DNA of 64,000 bases from Flavobacteriaceae bacterium. GTDB taxonomy: Bacteria > Bacteroidota > Bacteroidia > Flavobacteriales > Flavobacteriaceae. How positions within the stretch are numbered: position 1 is the first letter of the stretch; every line of letters begins with the position of its first letter. The stretch is taken from NCBI GenBank assembly GCA_024640565.1, contig JAHEET010000001.1, positions 308,882-372,881 on the forward strand. The letters are read 5' to 3'. Below are positions 51,742-61,182 of the stretch, one piece after another. The notes beneath the pieces are model-generated. The model ran no database searches and was not told the DNA's origin. It worked only from the letters and a program-made list of their open reading frames with translations. The position numbers and the translations under genes are program-made.

Positions 51742-53430
51742 ATGGAGAATTTTATAGTTTCTGCGCGTAAATACCGTCCTCAAATTTTTGAGGATGTTGT
51801 TGGGCAACAAGCCATTACCAACACGTTAGAAAACGCTATAAAAAATGACCATTTGGCTCAGGCGTTATTATTTACAGGTCCTAGAGGTGTTGGAAAAACA
51901 TCTTGTGCAAGAATCTTGGCCAAGAAAATCAATGAACAAGGCTTAGACACGGCAACAACGGAAGACTTCGCTTTCAATATTTTCGAATTGGATGCCGCTT
52001 CAAACAACTCTGTAGACGATATTCGAAGTTTAACAGACCAGGTTCGGATACCCCCCCAAACGGGAAAGTTCAAAGTCTATATTATTGACGAGGTACACAT
52101 GCTTTCACAAGCAGCTTTCAATGCTTTTTTAAAGACACTGGAGGAACCTCCTGCACATGCTATTTTCATTTTAGCCACCACTGAGAAACACAAAATAATC
52201 CCTACCATTTTATCGCGATGTCAAATTTTCGATTTCAAAAGAATTGGGGTTTTAGATGCAAAAAATTACCTAAAAGTAATCTGTGAAAAGGAAGGCATTA
52301 CTGCAGAAGATGATGCCTTACACATCATTGCCCAGAAGGCCGATGGTGCTATGCGAGATGCCTTGTCTATTTTTGATAGAGTGATTAGTTTTTCTGGAAA
52401 AAACCTAACTCGAGAAGCCGTAACCGAAAACTTAAATGTCTTGGATTACGATACCTACTTTTCGATGACAGATTTGTTGTTGGACAATAAAATTCCCGAT
52501 GTTTTAAATGCATTCAACTGCATTTTAGGAAAGGGCTTTGAAGGCCATCATTTTATCAACGGATTGGCAAGTCATTTTAGAGATTTATTGGTTGCCAAAG
52601 ACAAAGCAACAATTGCATTGTTGGAAGTTGGCGACAATGCCAAAAAGAAATATTTACAACAAGCAGTCAAAGCCTCCATTCCCTTTTTAATGCAAGCCAT
52701 TGACAAAGCCAATGACTGTGATTTAAAATACCGTACCAGCAAGAATCAGCGATTGCTTACAGAATTGACTTTAATGCAGATTGCCTCTATCACTTTTGAT
52801 GGAGAAAAAAAAAAAGCAGCTAACTACATAATTCCAGCCACTTTCTTTCAAGCAGTGATGCCCGCAAAGAAAAAGATGCAACCACCGATTATGGCTCCAA
52901 AGCCTGTGGCAGCAAAAGATCAAAAGGTTGTTGAAAAACCAAAAGCACCAAAGCCCGTTTTACAAAATATTCAAAGACGTACTTCTTCGCTCTCTTTGAA
53001 AAGCGTTCACGAGAAAAAAATAGTGCAAAAATCGGAGGTTGAAGAAAATTTCGACAACCATCCAAAAACGGCTTTTAATGAGGCCAAATTGCAAAAGCTA
53101 TGGAAGGAATATGTGGCTATTTTAAACAAGAAAGGCGAACGTAGTATGGCGTCTATACTTGCGACAGACACTCCAAAATTGGACGAAAATTTCACAATTA
53201 GCTTTAGCCTTCCCAACAAATTAATGCAAGATCAGTTTCAAAAAGGCAAACCCAAATTACTTCATTTTTTACGCGAGAAACTGAACCATTATGGAATTCA
53301 AATTGAGGCCATTTTAAACGAAACCATCGAGAAAAAGTTTGCTTATACTCCGGAGGAAAAATACAATAAGTTGAAAGAAAAAAATCCGCTATTGGCAAAA
53401 TTACGTCAGACCTTTGAGTTGGATTTGTAA
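51742..53430 (+). CDS. dnaX: DNA polymerase III subunit gamma/tau
   Basis: ARKYRPQ, GPRGVGKT, DEVHML, SRC, GAMRDAL; TACATTTG box at 51711-18. Confidence 0.96.
   Translation: MENFIVSARKYRPQIFEDVVGQQAITNTLENAIKNDHLAQALLFTGPRGVGKTSCARILAKKINEQGLDTATTEDFAFNIFELDAASNNSVDDIRSLTDQVRIPPQTGKFKVYIIDEVHMLSQAAFNAFLKTLEEPPAHAIFILATTEKHKIIPTILSRCQIFDFKRIGVLDAKNYLKVICEKEGITAEDDALHIIAQKADGAMRDALSIFDRVISFSGKNLTREAVTENLNVLDYDTYFSMTDLLLDNKIPDVLNAFNCILGKGFEGHHFINGLASHFRDLLVAKDKATIALLEVGDNAKKKYLQQAVKASIPFLMQAIDKANDCDLKYRTSKNQRLLTELTLMQIASITFDGEKKKAANYIIPATFFQAVMPAKKKMQPPIMAPKPVAAKDQKVVEKPKAPKPVLQNIQRRTSSLSLKSVHEKKIVQKSEVEENFDNHPKTAFNEAKLQKLWKEYVAILNKKGERSMASILATDTPKLDENFTISFSLPNKLMQDQFQKGKPKLLHFLREKLNHYGIQIEAILNETIEKKFAYTPEEKYNKLKEKNPLLAKLRQTFELDL
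52805..52815 (+). other. A11 run in dnaX, candidate slippage/frameshift site
   Basis: GGA GAA AAA AAA AAA GCA; A10 gives GEKKKQLTT*, A12 gives GEKKKSS*. Confidence 0.7.
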
Positions 53431-53441
53431 GGGAATTACTG

Positions 53442-55256
53442 CTACAGGTTTTTCCCCAAATAAATCAACGTACAATTTTCTTTGGATTGTTTCGATTTTT
53501 CAAACTCAGGAATCAAATAAATAGTATCGCTTTTCTTTACAAACAGTAGTACTGAACGCGATTCATTTGAAAGTTTAGACAGCATAGTGTTGTATGCTTC
53601 TTCTGAATTAATGGTGACTTCGTGAATTTTAGGATTGTCTCTAAAAGCTTCGCTTAAATTCAAATAGTCATCTTCTGAAGAGAAAAACTGTTCTTTATTT
53701 TCAGCACCTACTGTTCTAATTTCTTTTGAGGTGGCCAACCTGTAAGCACCATGCTCCCCAAAAACATTGGAGAAACTAGCGATTGCAAAATCATTCACCG
53801 CATCACTCCCGGTCATCGCAATTAGATACCCTACATCGTTTAACTCGATGTTATCGGTTAAGTTATCGTCATAAATATTTACTGTAAAGGCTTCCAAACC
53901 TTCTTTTTTAGCCTCTTCAATGAAGTTTTTATTGGAATCGATTAAAACCACTCTTTTTCCATTCTTGGTTAAGAATTTGGCTATTAATCGCGCTGGGCTT
54001 GAAGCACCTACAAATAAAATTGCATTTGACCTTTTTAAGAAAACACCCACCATTTTTGCAAAGAGTCTGGCGGTAGTGGCGTTTAAAAGTACGGTTCCTA
54101 AAACAATCATAAACACCAACGGTGTAATGTATTCTGCACCTGCTACCCCTTGTTTTATAAGTTTACTTCCAAACAATGACGCAATTCCTGCGGCCACAAT
54201 TCCGCGAGGACCTACCCAACTGATAAATAACTTTTCATTGAGCTTAAGATTGGAATTGTGCGTGCTTAAAAATACGGCTGCTGGTCGAATGACAAAGACA
54301 ATGATGGAAAACAAGATCAATGTTTCCCAATTGTACAACAATAATAAATCTTCGATATTGATGTTTGCTGCCAATAAAATGAAAAGAATAGAGATTAATA
54401 AAATGCTCAAGGATTCTTTAAAATAAAGCAATTCTTTCAGGTTTTTTAATTTCCCGTTTCCTAAAACCATTCCCATAACTACCACGGCCAAAAGTCCCGA
54501 TTCATGTGCAAACATGTCTGAGGCTACAAAAACCAACAATACGGCAGATAGAGAAACTACGTTTAGTAGATAATGTGGAATCAGTTTTTTGTTTACCGCA
54601 TACATTAAGGCATGGGCAAATGTAAAACCAAAAGAAGTTCCGAATAATAGAATTTTACCAAACTCCATTAAAGCCGTTTTGGTAAAACCGCCATCTCCTC
54701 CAACACTTATAAATTCAAAAACCAATACGGCAACTAATGCGCCTATGGGATCTATTAAAATCCCTTCCCATTTGAGTACTGTAGAAACATCTTTTTTGAG
54801 GGGGATATTTCTTAAAATGGGCGTTATTACGGTGGGACCTGTAACAATGATTAATCCTGAAAAAAGAAAGGAAAGCTCCCAGGTAAGCCCAAAGATAAAA
54901 TGAGTGACGATTCCTGCACCAAAAAAAGTGACTGCGGCGCCCAAGGTAATGATCTTGGTAATTACGGGCCCTACGTTTTCAATTTCATCTCTTTTTAAGG
55001 TAAGTCCTCCTTCAAATAAAATGATACTAATGGCCAGCGAAACAAAATAATAAAGGGAATCTCCTGGAAAAAGCCCTTTGGTACCGTTCCAAATTGGTGC
55101 AATCCATTTGCTACCATCATCACTTATAAATTCTGCAGCAATGGGTCCAACAAGCAATCCAATTAGAATCAACGGAAGGATGGCCGGAATTTTAAATTTC
55201 CAAGCAACCCATTGTGCTAATATCCCTAAAATAATAATCCCTGCTAATTCTATCAT
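53442..55256 (-). CDS. CPA1/NhaP-type cation:proton antiporter with C-terminal TrkA-N-like domain
   Basis: ILFEGGL, TGPTV, EGILIDP, GPRGIVAA; cytoplasmic Rossmann-like C-terminus. Confidence 0.9.
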   Translation of the reverse strand: MIELAGIIILGILAQWVAWKFKIPAILPLILIGLLVGPIAAEFISDDGSKWIAPIWNGTKGLFPGDSLYYFVSLAISIILFEGGLTLKRDEIENVGPVITKIITLGAAVTFFGAGIVTHFIFGLTWELSFLFSGLIIVTGPTVITPILRNIPLKKDVSTVLKWEGILIDPIGALVAVLVFEFISVGGDGGFTKTALMEFGKILLFGTSFGFTFAHALMYAVNKKLIPHYLLNVVSLSAVLLVFVASDMFAHESGLLAVVVMGMVLGNGKLKNLKELLYFKESLSILLISILFILLAANINIEDLLLLYNWETLILFSIIVFVIRPAAVFLSTHNSNLKLNEKLFISWVGPRGIVAAGIASLFGSKLIKQGVAGAEYITPLVFMIVLGTVLLNATTARLFAKMVGVFLKRSNAILFVGASSPARLIAKFLTKNGKRVVLIDSNKNFIEEAKKEGLEAFTVNIYDDNLTDNIELNDVGYLIAMTGSDAVNDFAIASFSNVFGEHGAYRLATSKEIRTVGAENKEQFFSSEDDYLNLSEAFRDNPKIHEVTINSEEAYNTMLSKLSNESRSVLLFVKKSDTIYLIPEFEKSKQSKENCTLIYLGKNL

Positions 55257-55378
55257 TCTTCATTGCTTAATTTATGTAAAATTAAGAATGTTTATCAATT
55301 CGAAAAAATAATTTGATAGTTTTCTCGTTTCCTGCAAAGATTCTTCCTTTCAGAGGGGGGGGTCAAAAAAAAAATTGC

Positions 55379-55485
55379 AACACCACCAAAGTCCTTATGG
55401 CGTTGCTTTTGCGTAGCACTTACAAAATCAAATGTAGCGGAAGCCGCTCACCCAACCAATAGGTCTTCTGCCCCCTGGTGGTGTT
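55379..55485. ncRNA. Candidate structured intergenic element
   Basis: Closing 10-bp inverted repeat AACACCACCA/TGGTGGTGTT; inner AGCGG-AAG-CCGCT hairpin; GC-richer than flanks. Confidence 0.3.
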
Positions 55486-55757
55486 TTTCCTAGAAATATG
55501 CCGGTATACCGAAGCCTAATAGATTTTTTACAAGGCTTTTGGTGTTGGCAAACATTTGGATTCATTTGGAAAAATGTAGTAAAAATTAGTGCATTTTTTA
55601 CAGATGAATTAATTTTGTTTTTTTAGTCACAAGGTTGCAAGGTTACCACAAAGCATTTTAGATCGCTTGGGAATCTTCTACTTAAATTTTGGCTGGCAAG
55701 AAAGCAACGAAAAGCACGGGCCTGTATTGGAGCGAGTGTGCGTAAAATGATAGAAAA

Positions 55758-56339
55758 ATGTTAGGATTACAATTTGAAACGGAAACTTCTTGGGCCGCGA
55801 TTGCCCAAGCAGATTTAGCGCAAATATTAACAGATCACGCTTTTTTAGAACAAAAGGCGGCATCTAATGCGGTGTCTATTATTATTAATTATTCGGAAGA
55901 AACAGCCTTGGTAAAAGAGATGAGCAATATTGCCATCGAAGAAATGCAGCACTTTAAAATGGTGCATTTGTTAATGGTAAAAAGGGGCATGGTTTTAGGG
56001 AGAGAGCAAAAGAATGATTATGCGATTCGCCTTCAAAAATTCTTTCCAAAAACCCAAGATAGAACGGTTGCTTTGGTACAACGTTTGTTAGTAGCGGCGC
56101 TTATAGAAGCGAGAAGCTGTGAGCGTTTTAAGGTTTTTTCTGAAAATATGGAGGATCCAGAATTGTCGAAATTCTACAAAAACCTTATGATTTCGGAAGC
56201 CAACCACTACACGACTTTCTTAACCTTGGCGAGGTCTTACCAAGACCGTGCTATTGTAGATGAAAAATGGAAGGCATTGCTGGCTTTTGAGGCTACTCTG
56301 ATGAAAGCACGTGGAAATGTGGCGAAAATTCATGGATAA
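55758..56339 (+). CDS. miaE: tRNA-(ms2io6A)-hydroxylase MiaE family (ferritin-like diiron)
   Basis: DHAFLEQKAAS, EEMQHF, IEARSCERF, SEANHY. Confidence 0.88.
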   Translation: MLGLQFETETSWAAIAQADLAQILTDHAFLEQKAASNAVSIIINYSEETALVKEMSNIAIEEMQHFKMVHLLMVKRGMVLGREQKNDYAIRLQKFFPKTQDRTVALVQRLLVAALIEARSCERFKVFSENMEDPELSKFYKNLMISEANHYTTFLTLARSYQDRAIVDEKWKALLAFEATLMKARGNVAKIHG

Positions 56340-56432
56340 AAATTAGTTTTTTATAAATCTCAAATACTTACTGCTGCCATTCTAGAGGCTTGGAGCACCC
56401 TGTAAAAACTACTTTTGAAACCTTAAAAAAAC

Positions 56433-56867
56433 ATGTTTAGTAAAGACGAATCTGAAAAATTACGCAAAGAATTTTGGACCTCCTTTGGAAAATCTTTTCC
56501 CCGCAAATGGTTGTTGTACAACACCAAAATAAAAGGGGTTGCTTTTAAATTCCAGGCAGATCGAAAGAAAGCCTGTGTGTGTTTGGATTTTGAAAACCCC
56601 GATGAAGTGGCCAATCTCTTGTATTATGATCAACTGTTGTCTTTAAAGACCCTTCTTGTTGAAAATCATTTGCCTGAAGTTATTTTTGATGCTGCCTATG
56701 TGCTAGACAATGGAAAAGTAATTCAGCGTATTTATGTTCCGTTTGCAGAGAAATTTAGCATTTACAACAAAGCTACCTGGCAGCAATGTTTCACGTTTTT
56801 TGTTGCTTCGATGCATGAATTTGAGCTGTTTTACGATGCGTATGAAACCGTTATTAAAAATATTTAA
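56433..56867 (+). CDS. DUF4268-like protein
   Basis: MFSKDES..LRKEFWTSFG...KWLLYNTKIK signature (recall). Confidence 0.75.
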   Translation: MFSKDESEKLRKEFWTSFGKSFPRKWLLYNTKIKGVAFKFQADRKKACVCLDFENPDEVANLLYYDQLLSLKTLLVENHLPEVIFDAAYVLDNGKVIQRIYVPFAEKFSIYNKATWQQCFTFFVASMHEFELFYDAYETVIKNI

Positions 56868-56888
56868 TACTCCTAATTTATAGCTGGT

Positions 56889-56962
56889 GCCCGCGCTAAG
56901 GATGGACGTGGAAATCCTTTTTTGGGAGCGGTCCAAAAAAGATTGCAGCCACAGCCTGACCA
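56889..56962 (+). ncRNA. Probable Flavo-1 RNA motif / repeat
   Basis: GGAT...GTGGAAATCCTTTTTT-(hairpin)-AAAAAAGATTGCAGC..CAGCCTGACC matches my recollection of Flavo-1. Confidence 0.55.
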
Positions 56963-56993
56963 AGCATTTGGGCTTGGGAGCGCCCAAAAAAAA

Positions 56994-57332
56994 TTACTTT
57001 AGAAAAGGAATGCTAAAGGGATATTTTGGGGCTTGTCCGCTGTTTGCTTTGATGGCATTTACAATGGGAAACACAAATGCTATGATGGCAATGGCAATGA
57101 TTCCTAGCAAGCCCAACCCAAGGAGCAGTACCAAGGGAACACAAAGAATAATATAGATAAAAATAGAGATTCTAAAGTTTAAAATGGCTTTTCCGTGCTG
57201 GTCCATGCCTTGGACCTCATCTTTTTTGGTGAGCCATAAAATTAACGGCACAATAAAGCCACCAATACCGGTGACATAATCTAATAACTGACTTAAATGC
57301 GTTAAAACGAGTAACTGGTTGTCTTTTTTCAT
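56994..57332 (-). CDS. DUF4870-like small membrane protein
   Basis: LTHLSQL...PLILWL...HGKAILNF...YPFSIPF. Confidence 0.85.
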   Translation of the reverse strand: MKKDNQLLVLTHLSQLLDYVTGIGGFIVPLILWLTKKDEVQGMDQHGKAILNFRISIFIYIILCVPLVLLLGLGLLGIIAIAIIAFVFPIVNAIKANSGQAPKYPFSIPFLK

Positions 57333-57437
57333 GAATATCCTGCTGACGGTAATACTATTTGGAAGTAAGACGCTAGATTTTGATTATTGTTACACGCTTT
57401 TTTTTATTGAACAAAATTACCTGCGTATCTTTGCCCT

Positions 57438-58832
57438 ATGATTCATAAGGATACCATTATTGCACTTGCAACGCCATCTGGGGTGGGCGCCATTGCTGTC
57501 ATTAGACTTTCTGGTGAAAACGCCCTTGAGATTGTGAATGCAAACTTTAGGTCTGTAAAAAAGAATAAGGTTTTAAAAAATGCAAAAACACACACCATTC
57601 ACTTAGGGCATCTCTTGAAAAACGGAGTGGTGCTGGACGAAGTATTGGTGGCTGTTTTTAAAAATCCGCGTTCCTATACGGGCGAAAATGTGGTGGAGAT
57701 CTCCTGCCATGGTTCTCGATTTATTCAACAAGAAATTATTCAATTGTTTTTGGAAAAGGGCTGTAGAATGGCCGACAATGGCGAGTTTACCATGCGCGCT
57801 TTCCTAAACGGAAAAATGGATCTAAGCCAGGCAGAAGCCGTTGCCGATGTGATTGCTTCCAATTCTGCGGCGAGTCATCAAATGGCGATCCAGCAAATGC
57901 GGGGTGGCATAAGCAATGAACTAAAGGTATTGCGGACCCAATTGCTAGACTTTGCGGCGTTGATTGAATTGGAACTGGATTTTTCTGGGGAAGATGTTGA
58001 ATTTGCCGACCGTAGTAAATTTAAAGAATTGGTTGCAAAAATCTCCTTTGTTTTAAAACGATTGATTGATTCTTTTGCCTATGGGAATGCCATGAAAAAT
58101 GGGATTCCGGTTGCCATTATTGGAGAACCCAATGTGGGAAAATCGACCTTGTTAAATACCCTTTTCAACGAGGAAAAAGCCATTGTTTCTGAAATTGCAG
58201 GAACTACCAGAGATGCCATAGAAGATGAACTGATTATTGAAGGGGTGGCCTTCCGCTTTATAGACACTGCAGGAATTCGAAATACGGATGATGTGGTAGA
58301 AAATATTGGAATTAAAAAAACCTACGAAAAGGCTGCCAATGCGCAACTGATTGTTTTTTTACTGGATGCAAATACTTTTGCCCATGCCAGCGATGTTTTT
58401 TTAGAGGAAATTGAAACCATCAAAGCACGTTTTCCAAACAAGCGTTTGCTGGTAATTGCCAATAAAACAGATACCTTATCTTGCCATGATCGCGCCCTAT
58501 TGGCCTCGGAAATTGAGGAGGTCATTTTGCTTTCTGCCAAAGAAAAAACCGGAATTACAGAACTGAAGGCGGCTTTAACTGCCTTGGTAAATAACGGGGC
58601 GTTGAGCAATAATGAAACCATTGTAACCAACTCGCGTCATTTTGAAGCGTTGCACAATGCACTGACGGCCATTACTGCTGTACAGCAGGGTATTGATTTG
58701 GAAATTTCTACAGATTTGTTTTCAATTGATATTCGAGAATGCCTGCGTCACCTGGGCAATATCACTGGTGAATATGATGTGGACAAGGATATTTTGGGCC
58801 ATATTTTCTCCAATTTCTGTATTGGAAAGTAA
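57438..58832 (+). CDS. mnmE: tRNA modification GTPase MnmE
   Basis: DTIIALAT, SYTGENVVE, GEPNVGKS, GTTRD, DTAG, NKTD, terminal FCIGK; TATCTTTG at 57426-33. Confidence 0.97.
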   Translation: MIHKDTIIALATPSGVGAIAVIRLSGENALEIVNANFRSVKKNKVLKNAKTHTIHLGHLLKNGVVLDEVLVAVFKNPRSYTGENVVEISCHGSRFIQQEIIQLFLEKGCRMADNGEFTMRAFLNGKMDLSQAEAVADVIASNSAASHQMAIQQMRGGISNELKVLRTQLLDFAALIELELDFSGEDVEFADRSKFKELVAKISFVLKRLIDSFAYGNAMKNGIPVAIIGEPNVGKSTLLNTLFNEEKAIVSEIAGTTRDAIEDELIIEGVAFRFIDTAGIRNTDDVVENIGIKKTYEKAANAQLIVFLLDANTFAHASDVFLEEIETIKARFPNKRLLVIANKTDTLSCHDRALLASEIEEVILLSAKEKTGITELKAALTALVNNGALSNNETIVTNSRHFEALHNALTAITAVQQGIDLEISTDLFSIDIRECLRHLGNITGEYDVDKDILGHIFSNFCIGK

Positions 58833-59259
58833 CTTTGCTATTGCGCCCTTTGGCTTGCAAAGCATTTTTGTGAAGTTGCTTCTCTTTGAAGCAATTTGAA
58901 AAGCTTTTCTAAGCGATAAAAAAAATACGCCCTATATTTTTACCGAAAATTAGCTTACGTAAGGGTTGGCCTTTTTTTGCAGACTTTCGCTACCTGTATT
59001 TTTTTTTACTGAACGCAAGGTGCTTACCAACAACTAATTGACTCTAAATACTGTTTTTTTTAATAAAAAATCAAATTAACACGTGTTTATTAAAAATATT
59101 TTTTTACTTTTAAACTTCAGAAGAAAAAAACATTGCGTACCGCCTATTCCTAGGTTTTATTTTAGAATAAAAACAACCCCGTTTTATGATAAAAAACGGG
59201 GTTTTGTGCGTTTGTTTTTTTTGAAAAAAGAAAGAATAGTGAATTTTAAAAAGAAAATT

Positions 59260-59517
59260 ATGAAAAAAGTATCGTTTTTAGTAGTCATTGCTTTGCTAGC
59301 TGTTATGTCTTCCAATGCCCAAGAGGGAGTTCATCAAGGGCAATTGACTAATCCAATTCCTGAAAACTTTTTTACCCTAAATTGGCGCTTGAAAAAAGTA
59401 GAAATAAGACAAAGACCATTTGGGCAATGTACGGCTCTCCTATGCAAACAGCAACAAGGATGGGGAAATTACGTGTATGAAGACCGCACAACCATGGTGT
59501 CTGGGACCTTATTCTAA
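59260..59517 (+). pseudogene. Truncated secreted-protein remnant
   Basis: Good signal peptide MKKVSFLVVIALLAVMSSNA|QEGVH, then atypical sequence running into the convergent transporter stop. Confidence 0.45.
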
Positions 59518-61068
59518 AGACTTTGCGTTGGGAATCAGATCCATTTCCAAGGCTTCCAAAGATTTTCCTTTGGTTTCCGGCAAGATTTTCAATAAAACAA
59601 AAAAGCCCACAAGAGCTATAATGCCAAAAATAAAGAAAGTGCCTGCATTGCCAATGTTTGACAGTTCCCAGGGAAAAACCAACTGCACCAAAGAACTAAT
59701 GAGTGAATTTACGAATGCAATAATACCAATGGCCAAGCCCCTGTATTTAATGGGATAGAGTTCGGACAGCAACACCCACATTACGGGTCCAAGAGAAAAT
59801 GCAAAACAGGCAATAAAGCCCAAAATTCCTAGTAAAACAAGATGGGCATCAATGCGCGTTGCAGCAGCCAAAAGCGCTCCATCATTTTTACGATAAGTTT
59901 GATTGCCCAAAGCAGTCTTTAGTGCCTTTTTGAAAGCGACATCATTGGTAAATTCTTTGTCGGCCAGTGGCAATAATTTCTCGGAATTCGAAAAGTTGAA
60001 CTGACTTATTTTCTCGGATGAGAGCTTGTAGCTAGCCTCATGAAAACCATAAGCACACAGTAAAAGACTCATTGCAATTCCTGCAGTACCCACCAATAGC
60101 AGTGGCCTCCGCCCCATTCGATCTATAAGATAAATTGCAACAAAAGTGAAAATTACAGAAATTGTACTCAACAGCACCCCTGAAGAAAAAGCCGCATCGG
60201 TTCCAATACCTGTTTGTTTAAAAATAGAAGTCGCATAGAAATAAACAGCATTGATGCCTGTAATCTGCTGCAAGACTCCTACAAAAAGCCCAACGACCAA
60301 AATAAATCGCAACGAGGGTTTTAAGATTTCCTTGATTTTTAAGGGGCTGCTGTTTTTGTTATCCGCAAGGTGGGCTTCCATCAAATTCATTTCTTTCAAG
60401 CCATTTTCTGGACCATGAATTTTTACTAAAATATTTTTTGCAGCCGCTACTCGTCCTTTTACATAGAGCCATCGAGGGCTTTTAGGTATAAAAAACAAAA
60501 GTATAAAATAGCATAAAGCAGGAACTAACTCCACGCCTAGCATCCACCTCCATACATTCGCATCGTTAAGAAATGTATTTTCCGAGGTATTGTATTTGTT
60601 AAAAAAATAATTGCTTAAAAAGGCGGCAAAAAAACCAAAAACAATGTTCAACTGTTGTATGGAAACTAATTTTCCTCTGTTTTCGGGGGTGGAAATTTCT
60701 GCAATATAAATGGGCGCCAACACCAATGCAGCACCAAAAGCAATTCCACCAATAATTCGAGCAATATAAAGAAGCTCATAAGAACTGGCCACGGCAGACA
60801 ATACTGCAGAAATTGCATACAAAAGGGCTACAAAAAGTAATAGTTTTTTTCTTCCAAAATAATCGCTTAATCTGCCTGAAAACAACATGGAAAACATGGC
60901 GGCAAACGAAGGGGCACTTACGACCCATCCAGCTTGAATTTCGGTTAAATTAAATGCGGGTCCCGCATAGGACATGACCCCTGAGATAATTCCGGCGTCA
61001 AAACCAAATAGGAAACCTCCCAATGCAACAATAAAACTGATGAAAATGAGGTATGCCTTCTGGTTCAT
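59509..61068 (-). CDS. Sugar porter family MFS transporter (XylE-like)
   Basis: GGFLFGFDAG, DYFGRKK, YIAEIS, PKSPRWL, QQITGIN, DRMGRR, PETKGKSLE. Confidence 0.93.
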   Translation of the reverse strand: MNQKAYLIFISFIVALGGFLFGFDAGIISGVMSYAGPAFNLTEIQAGWVVSAPSFAAMFSMLFSGRLSDYFGRKKLLLFVALLYAISAVLSAVASSYELLYIARIIGGIAFGAALVLAPIYIAEISTPENRGKLVSIQQLNIVFGFFAAFLSNYFFNKYNTSENTFLNDANVWRWMLGVELVPALCYFILLFFIPKSPRWLYVKGRVAAAKNILVKIHGPENGLKEMNLMEAHLADNKNSSPLKIKEILKPSLRFILVVGLFVGVLQQITGINAVYFYATSIFKQTGIGTDAAFSSGVLLSTISVIFTFVAIYLIDRMGRRPLLLVGTAGIAMSLLLCAYGFHEASYKLSSEKISQFNFSNSEKLLPLADKEFTNDVAFKKALKTALGNQTYRKNDGALLAAATRIDAHLVLLGILGFIACFAFSLGPVMWVLLSELYPIKYRGLAIGIIAFVNSLISSLVQLVFPWELSNIGNAGTFFIFGIIALVGFFVLLKILPETKGKSLEALEMDLIPNAKSLE

Positions 61069-61182
61069 AAGTAATGCTAAATTTATAAATGTAAATTTAA
61101 CTTAATTTTTGAGAATAGCAGGCTACTTCCTCCCATAGAATTCTCCAACAAAACCCCAGAAGAAAACTAAAAGGACGAACGC

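Noticed and set aside
55255-55282. dif-like site (TTATGTAAAAT resembles a XerD arm)
   Set aside because: No plausible XerC arm; it overlaps the antiporter's start and proximal promoter region
59075-59090. parS-like palindrome AACACGTGTT
   Set aside because: Only the CACGTG core matches; the flanks are opposite to the TGTTTCACGTGAAACA consensus
59083-59259. N-terminal extension of the 144-aa ORF in the track
   Set aside because: Low-complexity AT-rich read-through containing a hairpin; the signal peptide starts at ATG 59260
50000-61000. Apparent rise in GC3 and plus-strand G-richness, suggesting a replication origin or terminus
   Set aside because: Rough hand tallies of fourfold sites were inconsistent (plus strand also G-richer near 12-17 kb, neutral at 33-47 kb), and no DnaA-box cluster was seen; needs a whole-genome cumulative skew
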